DNA of 64,000 nucleotides, taken from contig JBAXKC010000001.1 of assembly GCA_037137535.1 (NCBI GenBank), positions 160,001 through 224,000 on the forward strand. The letters are read 5' to 3'. This DNA comes from a bacterium (lineage in GTDB: Bacteria; Cyanobacteriota; Vampirovibrionia; Gastranaerophilales; JBAXKC01). Position 1 is the first letter of the stretch; every line of letters starts with the position of its first letter. Shown here piece after piece: positions 39,180 through 49,066 of the stretch. A program made the position numbers and the translations under genes. The notes beneath the pieces were generated by a model. It was not told the DNA's origin, did no database searches, and saw only the letters and a list, made by a program, of their open reading frames with translations.

Positions 39180-41117
39180 CTACACAAACCAAATCAGCAT
39201 AATAAAAGCTGAAATAACTACAAAACCTGTTAATAAAATTGTCAAATATATCTGAACATTTCCATTTTGCAAAAGACATAACATTCTTCCAACAAAACCG
39301 ACAAATAATGCTGTTAAGTTAATAAGTCCATCGACTATATATTTATCAAACATAGAAAGAACTTGAGCTTTTCTCATAACTATTCTATACGCAAAAGCCT
39401 TATAAGCATCATCTATATAAAATTTATTGTATGAAAGTTTATACAATACAGGAATTTTATCTGTAATCTGCTCAACAGAAACAGGGAATTTAGACTTAAA
39501 CCTATCAAGATATAATAACCCTGCGAGTAACATTCCTCCAATAGCTAAAGAAACAGAAATAACAGGAATTAAAAGACTTTCAGAATGCTCTGCTATCTCT
39601 TTAGCAGGCACTAAAAATTGACTAAAAGAGCCTATACCCATAAAGCTGAGCTTTCCACTGAGCATAAAACCCAAGAATATAGATGGAATAGCCAATATAA
39701 TTAAGGGAATCGAAATAGCCAAACCAGGTTTGTGAGGATGTCCATGTCCTCGATATTCTCCTTCAAAAGTGAGAAAATAGGTTCTAAACATATAAAACGA
39801 CGTCATACCAGCAGTTAACAGAGCTATGACGAGTAAAAACGTGTTATGACTTGAGACTAAAGCAGAGAAAATCTCTTCTTTTGACCAAAAACCACTTAAA
39901 AACAAGCCCGAAATAGCGAAAGTACCTATTAAATAAGCATAAGCAACAACAGGCATAACTTTTCTTAATCCGCCCATATATCTCATATCCTGCTGATCGG
40001 CTAATCCGTGAATTACCGCACCAGAACAGAGAAACAGCATAGCCTTAAAATAAGCATGAGTTACAAGATGGAACATTCCTGCACCATAAGCACCCGCTCC
40101 GACAGCCATAACCATAAATCCGAGCTGACTACATGTTGAATAAGCCAATGCCTTTTTTATATCCGGCTGAGTAAGAGCTGTTAAAGCAGACATAAAAGCG
40201 GTTATAGCTCCAACCCATAAAATAATATTCATTACAATGGGAGAAAGACTGATAAAAGGAAAAACTCTCGCAAGTAAATACACCCCTGCTGCAACCATTG
40301 TAGCAGCATGAATAAGCGCACTTATAGGAGTAGGACCTTCCATTGCATCAGGAAGCCATGTATGAAGTGGATATTGAGCACTTTTTGCAATCGTTCCCAT
40401 AAAAAGCCCGAAACAAATCAGCGTAAATATCGGCATACCTGCCTTAGCAAAAACTAAAGGTGCAACAGCTCCTAATGAAGAAAAGCTTAATAAAATATCG
40501 GGGGAAGAAACCCAATAACTGAATGAAAAATAAAGCAATCCTAATATTCCTGCAAGGAAACCAAAATCACCGATTCTATTCATTATAAATGCCTTTTTAG
40601 CCGCAGAAGCAGCTGAAGGCCTTGCAAACCAAAAACCTATCAATAAATAACTTGAAACCCCGACAAGTTCCCAGAATACATACATTTGAAAAAGATTTGT
40701 ACTAAGAACAAGTCCCAGCATTGAAAAATTAAAAAGTGAAAGATAAGCGTAAAAACGGTTATAACCCTTGTCATGTCCCATATATTCATGGGTATATATC
40801 TGAACCATAAGGCTGACACTTGTTACAACCATAAGCATAATCGCTGAAAGCCTATCTATTACCCAACCAAAAGAAAGTTTAATATCTCCGATATTTAACC
40901 ATGTAAAGTTTCTTTCAAAATAAGCATTTGGATGAGAAATACACCATATCAATATTAACGAAGAAAGAATAAGCCCAATTGAAGTAGCACCGACAGTTAA
41001 GCCCATGCTTACTCTTTTATCACTATATCCTCTAAAACCTTTGCCGACAAGTATAAGCAGAAACGTCCATAAAGGAAGAGCCGCTATCATCCAAGCATTT
41101 TCAACTGCAAAATTCAT
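39180..41117 (-). CDS. nuoL: Complex I subunit L (NdhF)
   Basis: WELVGVSSYLLIGFW, KSAQYPLHTWLPDAMEGPTPISALIHAATMVAAG. Confidence 0.96.
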   Translation of the reverse strand: MNFAVENAWMIAALPLWTFLLILVGKGFRGYSDKRVSMGLTVGATSIGLILSSLILIWCISHPNAYFERNFTWLNIGDIKLSFGWVIDRLSAIMLMVVTSVSLMVQIYTHEYMGHDKGYNRFYAYLSLFNFSMLGLVLSTNLFQMYVFWELVGVSSYLLIGFWFARPSAASAAKKAFIMNRIGDFGFLAGILGLLYFSFSYWVSSPDILLSFSSLGAVAPLVFAKAGMPIFTLICFGLFMGTIAKSAQYPLHTWLPDAMEGPTPISALIHAATMVAAGVYLLARVFPFISLSPIVMNIILWVGAITAFMSALTALTQPDIKKALAYSTCSQLGFMVMAVGAGAYGAGMFHLVTHAYFKAMLFLCSGAVIHGLADQQDMRYMGGLRKVMPVVAYAYLIGTFAISGLFLSGFWSKEEIFSALVSSHNTFLLVIALLTAGMTSFYMFRTYFLTFEGEYRGHGHPHKPGLAISIPLIILAIPSIFLGFMLSGKLSFMGIGSFSQFLVPAKEIAEHSESLLIPVISVSLAIGGMLLAGLLYLDRFKSKFPVSVEQITDKIPVLYKLSYNKFYIDDAYKAFAYRIVMRKAQVLSMFDKYIVDGLINLTALFVGFVGRMLCLLQNGNVQIYLTILLTGFVVISAFIMLIWFV

Positions 41118-41123
41118 ATTAGC

Positions 41124-41474
41124 CTATCCTTTTAGCGATCTAAACTCTTCTACATCCACAGTTGGCTTTTTCCTAAAGAAGGATAACAGAATTGCCAATC
41201 CCAAAGCCGCTTCCGCAGCAGAAATAGCCATAATAAAAATTGCAAATACTTGCCCCCTTATTTCATTAGGGTCGCAGTATGCAGAAAAAGCAATAAAATT
41301 AATATTTACGGCATTTAATAATATTTCTAAAGACATCAAAACTCTTATAAAATTTCTTGAACTGATAAGTCCAATAAAGCCTATGCAGAAAAGAACTGCC
41401 GCCAAGCATAAAAAGTGAGTAAGCCCCACATTTAAAACAAAATCTTTAAAAAATGACAAAATTAAATTAGACAT
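41124..41474 (-). CDS. nuoK: Complex I subunit K (NdhE)
   Basis: LMSLEILLNAVN, AAEAALGLAI. Confidence 0.94.
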   Translation of the reverse strand: MSNLILSFFKDFVLNVGLTHFLCLAAVLFCIGFIGLISSRNFIRVLMSLEILLNAVNINFIAFSAYCDPNEIRGQVFAIFIMAISAAEAALGLAILLSFFRKKPTVDVEEFRSLKG

Positions 41475-42064
41475 TATACTTCCTCCTTTTTCGCTGAAGG
41501 ATTTTCTAAAAGCTGATCATCTTTTGTCGCAATTACAACAGCTCCTAAAATAGCGGCAAGTAACAATACAGATAATATTTCAAACGGCAAAAGGTATTTT
41601 GAAAAAAGCTGACTTCCAATAATTCCGGCAGTGCCTTCTTCTTTAACTACAGCAAGGGTTTGAGGGGAACGCTGTTTTAATACAATATTGTCAGGAGTTC
41701 TTTTTAATGACGAAAAGCCGGTTGTAATAGAGAAGAAAAGAACTAAGAACATTAATCCCGCTGACATAAAGCCAATGAGAGAACGTGGAACAAATGCTAT
41801 CCATAATTTTTCATCACTTGCTCTGGCTGTCATCATAATGGCAAAAAGTAAAACGATTGTTAAACCTACCGAATAAATTATTATTTGTGAAACCCCTGCA
41901 AAATCAGCCCCTAAAAGAAAATAAATGCCTGCAATAGAGAAAAAACAAGCAACAAGGCTCATTGCCGAATAAATTATTCGTCTTGAAACAATAACTCCTA
42001 ATGCCGATATAACAGTAAAAAAAGCTATAAAATAAAATGCCGCCGAATATACAAATGCTCTCAT
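41474..42064 (-). CDS. nuoJ: Complex I subunit J (NdhG)
   Basis: LGADFAGVSQIIIY, YLLPFEILSVLLLAA. Confidence 0.93.
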   Translation of the reverse strand: MRAFVYSAAFYFIAFFTVISALGVIVSRRIIYSAMSLVACFFSIAGIYFLLGADFAGVSQIIIYSVGLTIVLLFAIMMTARASDEKLWIAFVPRSLIGFMSAGLMFLVLFFSITTGFSSLKRTPDNIVLKQRSPQTLAVVKEEGTAGIIGSQLFSKYLLPFEILSVLLLAAILGAVVIATKDDQLLENPSAKKEEV

Positions 42065-42081
42065 AGTTACCCTTTAAAAAA

Positions 42082-42558
42082 CTAAATGTCTTTAGCCAAC
42101 TCCTCAATATAATATTTTGATTTTTCAGGAGAAAGCGCAAGTTTTTCTTTATCAAAAACAAGAGCTTCTCTTGAATGTGTAGATATTTCAAACTCATCAG
42201 ACATAACTATTGCAGATTTCGGGCAAACATCAGCACAATTTCCACAAAATATACATCTTCCAAGGTCAATAGTAAATTTTTCCACCTGCTGTTTATTATT
42301 CTCATCTTTTTGAGTTTCAATATAGATTAAATCAACGCAAGGACATACTTTTTGGCAAGCTTTACAGCCTATGCAAATAAGTTTACCGCTTTCATTAACC
42401 GTTAAAGCAGGTCGGCCTTTTAATCTGATATTAAATTCCTGTTTTTGTTCAGGATATTGAACAGTTATAGGTTCTCTGAATGCATGTTTACCAATGGTCA
42501 ACATGCCTCTGACGATTTCTTTTATTCCAACTGCCGTTTCAACAACTACTTTAAACAT
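42082..42558 (-). CDS. nuoI: Complex I subunit I (NdhI), 2x[4Fe-4S]
   Basis: TVQYPE, CIGCKACQKVCP, CIFCGNCADVCP. Confidence 0.95.
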   Translation of the reverse strand: MFKVVVETAVGIKEIVRGMLTIGKHAFREPITVQYPEQKQEFNIRLKGRPALTVNESGKLICIGCKACQKVCPCVDLIYIETQKDENNKQQVEKFTIDLGRCIFCGNCADVCPKSAIVMSDEFEISTHSREALVFDKEKLALSPEKSKYYIEELAKDI

Positions 42559-42567
42559 TTTTTCATC

Positions 42568-43680
42568 CTAGAATATTAACTTTATCAAAGCTGTAACAAA
42601 GAGATTTATCAGTGAAACAGGTAACAAAAATTTCCAGCAAAAGCTCATAAGCTGATCTGCTCTTAAACGTGGCAAAGTTGCCCTTATCCAGATAATAAGA
42701 AAAATAATTGCGTAAGTTTTTCCTACAAGCCAAAATGCTTGTTCTAAATGAACAAGAGAACTTAAAATTAATTTATTTGTAATTAATCCCGAAAATAAAA
42801 TATTAGCCAAATAATCATTAAACGGTGACAAAAAACCGCCTAAAAACAAAGTAGCTATAATAGCGCTTATAACAAACATTGCAGCGTATTCAGCCAAAAA
42901 GAACAATGCAAATTTCATTCCCGAATATTCTGTATTATATCCACTTACCAATTCACTTTCAGCTTCAGGCAAATCAAAAGGAACACGATTCAATTCAGCA
43001 ATAGAACATATTAAAAACACCCAAAAACCTACAAAACCAAGCCAGATATTCCAGCTGAACACATTCCAGTTCAAAAAGGCTGTATGCATTACTCCGCCTG
43101 ATTGTACGCCGACAATTTTATGTAAATTCATAGTTCCCGTTAAAAGAGCAATTGATATAGAAGTAACAACGAGAGGTATTTCATAACTTATCGCTTGCGC
43201 AGCCGATCTCATTCCGCCTAAAAGAGAATATTTATTACCGCTTGACCAGCCTGCCATGACTATTCCTATTGTTGAAACAGAAGAAATAGCTAGTATAGTA
43301 AATAATCCAAGTGGAATATTTGCCGCAACAAGTTTATCTGTATAAGGAACAAGGCAATATAACGTCATAATAGGAGCAAATACAATTATTGGGGCAAGTG
43401 TAAATGCAATTTTATTTGTACCGCAAGACATAATGTCTTCTTTTGTTAAAAGTTTTATAGCATCAGCCATTGTCTGAAAATAGCCCAAAGGTCCGACTCT
43501 GTTAGGTCCTTTCCTTACGGTCAACCACGCAAGAACTTTTCGCTCGAGAAGAACAAGGAAGATAACAACTGCCATCATCAATACTGCAATCGCAATAAAA
43601 GAGAATACAGGCATTGTTAAATCCGCAAAAATAGTCGGAATATGTAAAAAAGAAAATAATTTTAAATATAATTCTTGCAT
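42568..43680 (-). CDS. nuoH: Complex I subunit H (NdhA)
   Basis: ERKVLA..RKGPNRVGP, AAQAISYE, PFDLPEAESELVSGY. Confidence 0.96.
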   Translation of the reverse strand: MQELYLKLFSFLHIPTIFADLTMPVFSFIAIAVLMMAVVIFLVLLERKVLAWLTVRKGPNRVGPLGYFQTMADAIKLLTKEDIMSCGTNKIAFTLAPIIVFAPIMTLYCLVPYTDKLVAANIPLGLFTILAISSVSTIGIVMAGWSSGNKYSLLGGMRSAAQAISYEIPLVVTSISIALLTGTMNLHKIVGVQSGGVMHTAFLNWNVFSWNIWLGFVGFWVFLICSIAELNRVPFDLPEAESELVSGYNTEYSGMKFALFFLAEYAAMFVISAIIATLFLGGFLSPFNDYLANILFSGLITNKLILSSLVHLEQAFWLVGKTYAIIFLIIWIRATLPRLRADQLMSFCWKFLLPVSLINLFVTALIKLIF

Positions 43681-43683
43681 AAC

Positions 43684-44883
43684 TTATCGATCCACTTCGG
43701 GTAATACTACGTCAAGACTGCCAAATATCGCCATTAAATCCCCGAAAGGCCTGTCTTTAATCAACTCGGGGAGAACTTGAACTGCTGAAAAAGATGGGGT
43801 TCTCCATTTCACCCTATAAGGTTTAGCGGTTCCGTCACTTTTTACATAACAAGCCGTAATTCCTCTTGCCGACTCGATTAAGGAAGTTGCTTCGCCTGCT
43901 TGCAGTTTAAAAATAGCGGGATTTAACTTTTTAGCAATTAACTTTGTTTCATATCCGCAAACTTCACAATCGTCTTGATTACATGCGCAGTTTTGACGTT
44001 TAATATTTAATTCTTCTTTACTTCCGCCGTTTATTTTATCGATTGCCTGTTCGACAATTTTAACGGACTCTCGCATTTCTTCAATACGCACAGCATAACG
44101 GTCAGAAGTATCTCCATTTTTGCCTAAAGCAATCTTAAACTCCAATTCATCATAAACAGAATAAGGCTGGGCTTTTCTTAAATCAAAATCAACACCGGAT
44201 GCTCTAAGATTTGGACCTGTTATTCCATATTCAATAGCCATTTGTGGAGTTAAAACACCAATTCCTTTTGTTCTAGCTAAGAAAATAGGATTATTGGTTA
44301 TTATAGATTCGTACTCATCAAACATTGCAGGAAGTTTTACACAAAGGTCTTTTACTTTTAATAGCCATCCTTCGGGTATATCTTTTTTCACACCGCCATA
44401 AGTGTAGAAATTATACATCATTCTAGCACCTGTAAGCTCTTCAAATAGCTTTACAATGTCTTCACGCTCTCTAAAGGTATAAAAAAGTGGTGAAGTAGCG
44501 CCTAAATCAAGTAAAAATGTCCCTAACCACAAGAGATGAGAAGTTATTCGGTTTAATTCCATTGTTATTACACGAATATATTCAGCTCTTTTAGGAAGTT
44601 TTAATCCTGCTATTTCTTCAACAGCCATACACATTGAAGCTAAGTTAAAAAAGCTCGATAGATAATCAACTCTGTCGACCATAGGCAAATATTGGAAATA
44701 GCTTCTGCTTTCGGCAATTTTTTCCATTCCTCTATGCAAATAACCTATTACAGGCTTTGTATCTCTTATTATTTCACCTTCAAGCGACAAAATAAGCCTT
44801 AAAACACCATGAGTACTTGGATGTTGAGGGCCTACGTTTATTATCATTTCTTTTTCTAAAGTTTTACTCATTTTATCGGTCAT
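43684..44883 (-). CDS. nuoD: Complex I subunit D (NdhH)
   Basis: GPQHPSTHGVLRL, GYLHRGMEK, DRVDY, DVVLPEVDR. Confidence 0.96.
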   Translation of the reverse strand: MTDKMSKTLEKEMIINVGPQHPSTHGVLRLILSLEGEIIRDTKPVIGYLHRGMEKIAESRSYFQYLPMVDRVDYLSSFFNLASMCMAVEEIAGLKLPKRAEYIRVITMELNRITSHLLWLGTFLLDLGATSPLFYTFREREDIVKLFEELTGARMMYNFYTYGGVKKDIPEGWLLKVKDLCVKLPAMFDEYESIITNNPIFLARTKGIGVLTPQMAIEYGITGPNLRASGVDFDLRKAQPYSVYDELEFKIALGKNGDTSDRYAVRIEEMRESVKIVEQAIDKINGGSKEELNIKRQNCACNQDDCEVCGYETKLIAKKLNPAIFKLQAGEATSLIESARGITACYVKSDGTAKPYRVKWRTPSFSAVQVLPELIKDRPFGDLMAIFGSLDVVLPEVDR

Positions 44884-45352
44884 TCCAGCTTAATCTAGCA
44901 TCTTGCATAACATAATCTTTTCTTAAAGGATGCCCAATCCAATCTTCAGGAAGCAAAATCCTTTTCAGCTCAGAATGATTTATAAAATTTACTCCTAAAA
45001 GATCGTAAGTTTCTCTTTCGTGCCATTCAGCCGATTTATAAAGAGATGAAACACTTTCAATTTCAGGTTTTGCTCTGTTTAATTCTGTTTTTACAACTAT
45101 TTTAGAATTTGATTTAAGCGACAATAATTGATAATTAAGTTCAATAAAATCATTAAAATCAGTTCCGCATACAAAAAGCAACAAATAAAAATCAGCTTTA
45201 TTTTTTAACAGTTCAAAAGTCTTCAAAATATCCGAACTTTTAACTTTCAAAGTAAAAGTTCCGTCCGAAGAAGAAGTTTCTTCCAAAACCTCAATATCTT
45301 GCTCTATAAAAAGCTGAGAAATTATATTATCTGATTGCACTTGCATTTTCAT
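44873..45352 (-). CDS. nuoC: Complex I subunit C (NdhJ)
   Basis: [30 protein letters not shown]; start probably 45352 or 45346 rather than 45400. Confidence 0.92.
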   Translation of the reverse strand: MKMQVQSDNIISQLFIEQDIEVLEETSSSDGTFTLKVKSSDILKTFELLKNKADFYLLLFVCGTDFNDFIELNYQLLSLKSNSKIVVKTELNRAKPEIESVSSLYKSAEWHERETYDLLGVNFINHSELKRILLPEDWIGHPLRKDYVMQDARLSWNDR

Positions 45353-45932
45353 CCTTGTATCCGTCTTTTTGTATGCCCCAAGTGTATATTTCCATTCCAT
45401 CTAATGCTAAAAGCATATCCGAATTACTATTTGGAGATAATTTTAATTTTGGCCTGTGAGCTTCAATATATTTTTGTCTATCTAAAATCGTTTCAGTTCT
45501 AATCTGTTTCTGCAATTTCATAATTCCCTCTAAAAGAGCCTCGGGACGAGGAGGACAACCTGGAATATAAACATCAACAGGAAGTATTCTATCAACGCCT
45601 TTAACTACAGAATAAGAATCATTCTCATACATTCCGCCCGTAATAGTGCAAGCTCCCATTGCAATAACGTATTTAGGCTCTGGCATTTGCTCATATAAGC
45701 GTAACAAGGCAGGAGCCATCTTATGAGTTATCGTTCCAGCCGTTATTATTAAATCTGCCTGTCTTGGAGTAGCTCTAAAAACTTCAGAACCAAATCTTGC
45801 AATATCAAAACTTGAAGCACTTGTGGAAATCATCTCGATACCACAGCATGAAGTAGCAAAAGTCAATGGCCAAACCGAATTTGACCTTGCCCAATTATAT
45901 ACGAAATCTATAGAACTGATAATTAATTGCAT
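45327..45932 (-). CDS. nuoB: Complex I subunit B (NdhK)
   Basis: [28 protein letters not shown]. Confidence 0.96.
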   Translation of the reverse strand: MQLIISSIDFVYNWARSNSVWPLTFATSCCGIEMISTSASSFDIARFGSEVFRATPRQADLIITAGTITHKMAPALLRLYEQMPEPKYVIAMGACTITGGMYENDSYSVVKGVDRILPVDVYIPGCPPRPEALLEGIMKLQKQIRTETILDRQKYIEAHRPKLKLSPNSNSDMLLALDGMEIYTWGIQKDGYKDENASAIR

Positions 45933-45949
45933 TTACCGACCTTAACTCT

Positions 45950-46309
45950 TTATTTCCATGTCAAAGCGTCTTTTTTACAGACATAAATAAGCCCTAATAT
46001 AAGAATCAGGATAAAAATGACAGCTTCAATAAAACCATAAAGACCTAATGATTTATATTTCACCGCCCAAGGAAACAGAAAAACCGCCTCAACGTCAAAG
46101 ATAATAAACATTAAGCCGTACATATAATATTTTATGTCAAATTGTACGTCTGATGAACCTAAAAGATTCATCCCACATTCATAAGTACTATTTTTAATAT
46201 CATTGGGAGATTTTGGCTGTAATAGCCATGACATAACCAAGGCAGCACTCGCAAATGCACCTGATAACACTAAAAATACCCCTAACGTCCAATATGCAGA
46301 CAACAACAC
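45950..46309 (-). CDS. nuoA: Complex I subunit A (NdhC)
   Basis: KNSTYECG, FIIFDVEAVFLFPWA. Confidence 0.95.
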   Translation of the reverse strand: MLLSAYWTLGVFLVLSGAFASAALVMSWLLQPKSPNDIKNSTYECGMNLLGSSDVQFDIKYYMYGLMFIIFDVEAVFLFPWAVKYKSLGLYGFIEAVIFILILILGLIYVCKKDALTWK

Positions 46310-46419
46310 ATGTACCCCTTTTTGTTGAGTATATAATTCTTTATAGCATAAATAGCATGAATTAATTTAATTCAACAAAGAAGGTTTAAGATTTATTAAG
46401 GGTTAAATATATAAAAATA

Positions 46420-47526
46420 TTATTTCTTCTTTACGTCTTCAAACACCGCAAAATATTTATCTGAGATTAGCTTCCAGTCAAATAATTTTGCACGCTCATA
46501 AGGTTTATTTTTAAATGTAGTCTGCAATGCTTTTTTTAAAGTGTCAGCATATTCTTCAATATTTTCAGGATTACATAAAATACCTGCATCACCTATAATT
46601 TCACGTCTTGACTCATCATCAGTAGCTACAATAGGTTTATTACAAGCCATAGCTTCTAAATACACCAGTCCAAATGGCTCAAACTCTGAAGGTAAAGTAA
46701 AAATATCACAACTTTTATAATAATGCTGAATTTCCTCATAAGGAACAGAAAGGAGTTTGAATCTCTTCTTTCCTAGTTTTGACATTCCATATTTCTTTAA
46801 AAAATCAACACCTTCACCGTTGGATAGAACTAAAAGACTGCCATATCCCAGTTTTTCTACCGCATCAACTGCAAGTTCCAGTCGTTTATTAGTCTGATAC
46901 CTTGCAGAAGCCAAAATTATCGGCCCCTCAAGAGGTAATTTAATTCCATTTATATAAGGATTGAATTTTTCAAAGTTAATTCCATTTGGAATATGCTCTG
47001 TATTAATATTTTCAAAATTATTATCAACCCAATCCTTCATATGAGAAGAAAGGGTGATATATTTATCCGGTTTGAATTTCAAGTTTCTTTCAGCAATTTT
47101 ACCGTCATTCATAAGACTTGAATGCTCTGTAAACACAATTGGAGTGCCTTTTATTTTTCTGACTACCCAACAGGCAAGTAAGCCACCCCAATCATTATTC
47201 GGATACAAAACATCATATCTGTTTAACAGCAAATGAACTACTGTCGGAAAAAATGCAGAAAAATGCTCAATTATAATTTCAGGCTTATTAAAAAAATTCT
47301 TCAAAAATTTATTTAATAAATTTATATGAATTTCTGTAGAATTTAATGCTTTTAACCTTGGAATACAGCCTATTTTTTTACATTGATCCGTTTCTTCGGA
47401 AGAAGCCAAAATATCTATATCACATTTTTCGGCTAAATATTTGGATAATTCTACAACAAAGGTCTGAGAACCACCGTTAGAGCTACCCACAGCAGGATGT
47501 ATCATTGCTATTTTCAACTTTTTCAT
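46420..47526 (-). CDS. Glycosyltransferase family 4
   Basis: IPNGI, FTLPSEFEPFGLVYLEAMAC. Confidence 0.92.
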   Translation of the reverse strand: MKKLKIAMIHPAVGSSNGGSQTFVVELSKYLAEKCDIDILASSEETDQCKKIGCIPRLKALNSTEIHINLLNKFLKNFFNKPEIIIEHFSAFFPTVVHLLLNRYDVLYPNNDWGGLLACWVVRKIKGTPIVFTEHSSLMNDGKIAERNLKFKPDKYITLSSHMKDWVDNNFENINTEHIPNGINFEKFNPYINGIKLPLEGPIILASARYQTNKRLELAVDAVEKLGYGSLLVLSNGEGVDFLKKYGMSKLGKKRFKLLSVPYEEIQHYYKSCDIFTLPSEFEPFGLVYLEAMACNKPIVATDDESRREIIGDAGILCNPENIEEYADTLKKALQTTFKNKPYERAKLFDWKLISDKYFAVFEDVKKK

Positions 47527-47564
47527 TGTTATAAAAACCCCAAGTCCCCAAAGTGCCTTAAAAA

Positions 47565-49064
47565 TTAAGCTGTAAGTCTTTCTTCTACTTTTTTCTTTCT
47601 TCCGATAAATTTAACAATATTTTCTAATACATAGTCATAATCAGTCGGATAGAATAATTTCATCGCCATCACATAAGAAACAATACCCGTAAATACTTCG
47701 GCACATAAAACCAAAAGCTGAGATTGCCCTAATGCAAATAAAACATTCTTTACCGTTAAAATACAAAGCCCCATCAATATAGAACTATTAAAGGCAGGTG
47801 CCAGATTTTCAAAAACGTCAGCAAACTTCCATTTTTGAATTTTCAAAAGAACTGACATGAATATAAAAGTTCCAATAACTCCTACGATAGAAGAAGCAAT
47901 GGCAACTCCTGTAAGATTAGCCAACTTATAACCTATAAAAAGACTTGCAACATATATTGGAGTATAAGTAAGAGTTAATTTTACAAGTACGTCAGATTTA
48001 CCGATACCCAATAAAATAGGCCCTATTGTCTGAGTAACTGATTTAAGCATTGCATAACAAAGAATTATCTGAAAAAGCAATACTGATGAATGCCATTTAG
48101 CCCCAAAGATAACACTTATATATTCGCCCCCTGCAACCATTTGCCCGATTGCATAAGGAAAACTTATTATAGAGATTAATTTTAGTGAGTTTAAAAAAGC
48201 TGATTTGAGTTTTTCAGGTTCATTCTGAAGTTTTGAAAAAGCAGGAAAGGTTACCATATTGACAGGGAATGCAATATTATTAACAACCATCATACTTTTA
48301 TCCTGTGCAAAGGAATAAACCCCTAGCGCCACAGATCCCATATAGTTTCCTATAAGGACATACCCCGAATTATTCAAACAATAATCAAGAATATTGCTCA
48401 AAAGAACATCTTTACCATAGGAAAACATATCTTTCCAATATTTAAAGCAAGGATTAAGCGATGGAACCCAACGTGTCATATTCCAAAGACTTATAGCATT
48501 AACAATAGCCCCGACTATCTTCGGATAAATAAAACTCCAAACCCCAAAACCCATAAGAGCAAGGATTATTGATAAAATAGTTCTGCCAAGATTAACCGTT
48601 GCATCTAAAATAGAAAGTTTCTTAAAATCCATGTTTTTAATTAAAATACTTCGATGTGTAGAAACAGAACAATTTATAAGTAATGCAACGGCACTAACTC
48701 TTATAATATCAGCCAATAATGGAGCTTTATAAAAACTTGCCGCAACAGGTGCAAAAATAAACTGTATTCCGACAAAAAGAACTGTTGAAGAAATAATTAA
48801 CCAATAAGAGGCATTAAGCCTTTCTTTAAAATTATCTTGAAAATGAACCACAGCAGAATTAACACCCATTGAAGATGCCATTTGAATAACAAAATCAATT
48901 GTAATTGACATTGTAACAAGACCAAAATCCTGTGGAGTTAATATTCTAGCTAAAACTATCGCACTTACAAACATTACTACTTTTTGAGCAAACTGTAAAA
49001 TAAGCGACCATTTTAAACTTTGTCTCGTTTTATCCCCAACATTGCTTGAGTTTAACGTCTCCAT
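47565..49064 (-). CDS. wzx: Polysaccharide flippase (Wzx, WzxC-like)
   Basis: LARILTPQDFG, many TMs, VTFPAFSK; start probably METLNSS. Confidence 0.88.
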   Translation of the reverse strand: METLNSSNVGDKTRQSLKWSLILQFAQKVVMFVSAIVLARILTPQDFGLVTMSITIDFVIQMASSMGVNSAVVHFQDNFKERLNASYWLIISSTVLFVGIQFIFAPVAASFYKAPLLADIIRVSAVALLINCSVSTHRSILIKNMDFKKLSILDATVNLGRTILSIILALMGFGVWSFIYPKIVGAIVNAISLWNMTRWVPSLNPCFKYWKDMFSYGKDVLLSNILDYCLNNSGYVLIGNYMGSVALGVYSFAQDKSMMVVNNIAFPVNMVTFPAFSKLQNEPEKLKSAFLNSLKLISIISFPYAIGQMVAGGEYISVIFGAKWHSSVLLFQIILCYAMLKSVTQTIGPILLGIGKSDVLVKLTLTYTPIYVASLFIGYKLANLTGVAIASSIVGVIGTFIFMSVLLKIQKWKFADVFENLAPAFNSSILMGLCILTVKNVLFALGQSQLLVLCAEVFTGIVSYVMAMKLFYPTDYDYVLENIVKFIGRKKKVEERLTA

Positions 49065-49066
49065 AA

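Noticed and set aside
43684-45932. Group 4 NiFe hydrogenase
   Set aside because: Large subunit lacks both terminal CxxC Ni-binding motifs (has DRVDY and DVVLPEVDR); nuoA, J, K and N are present.
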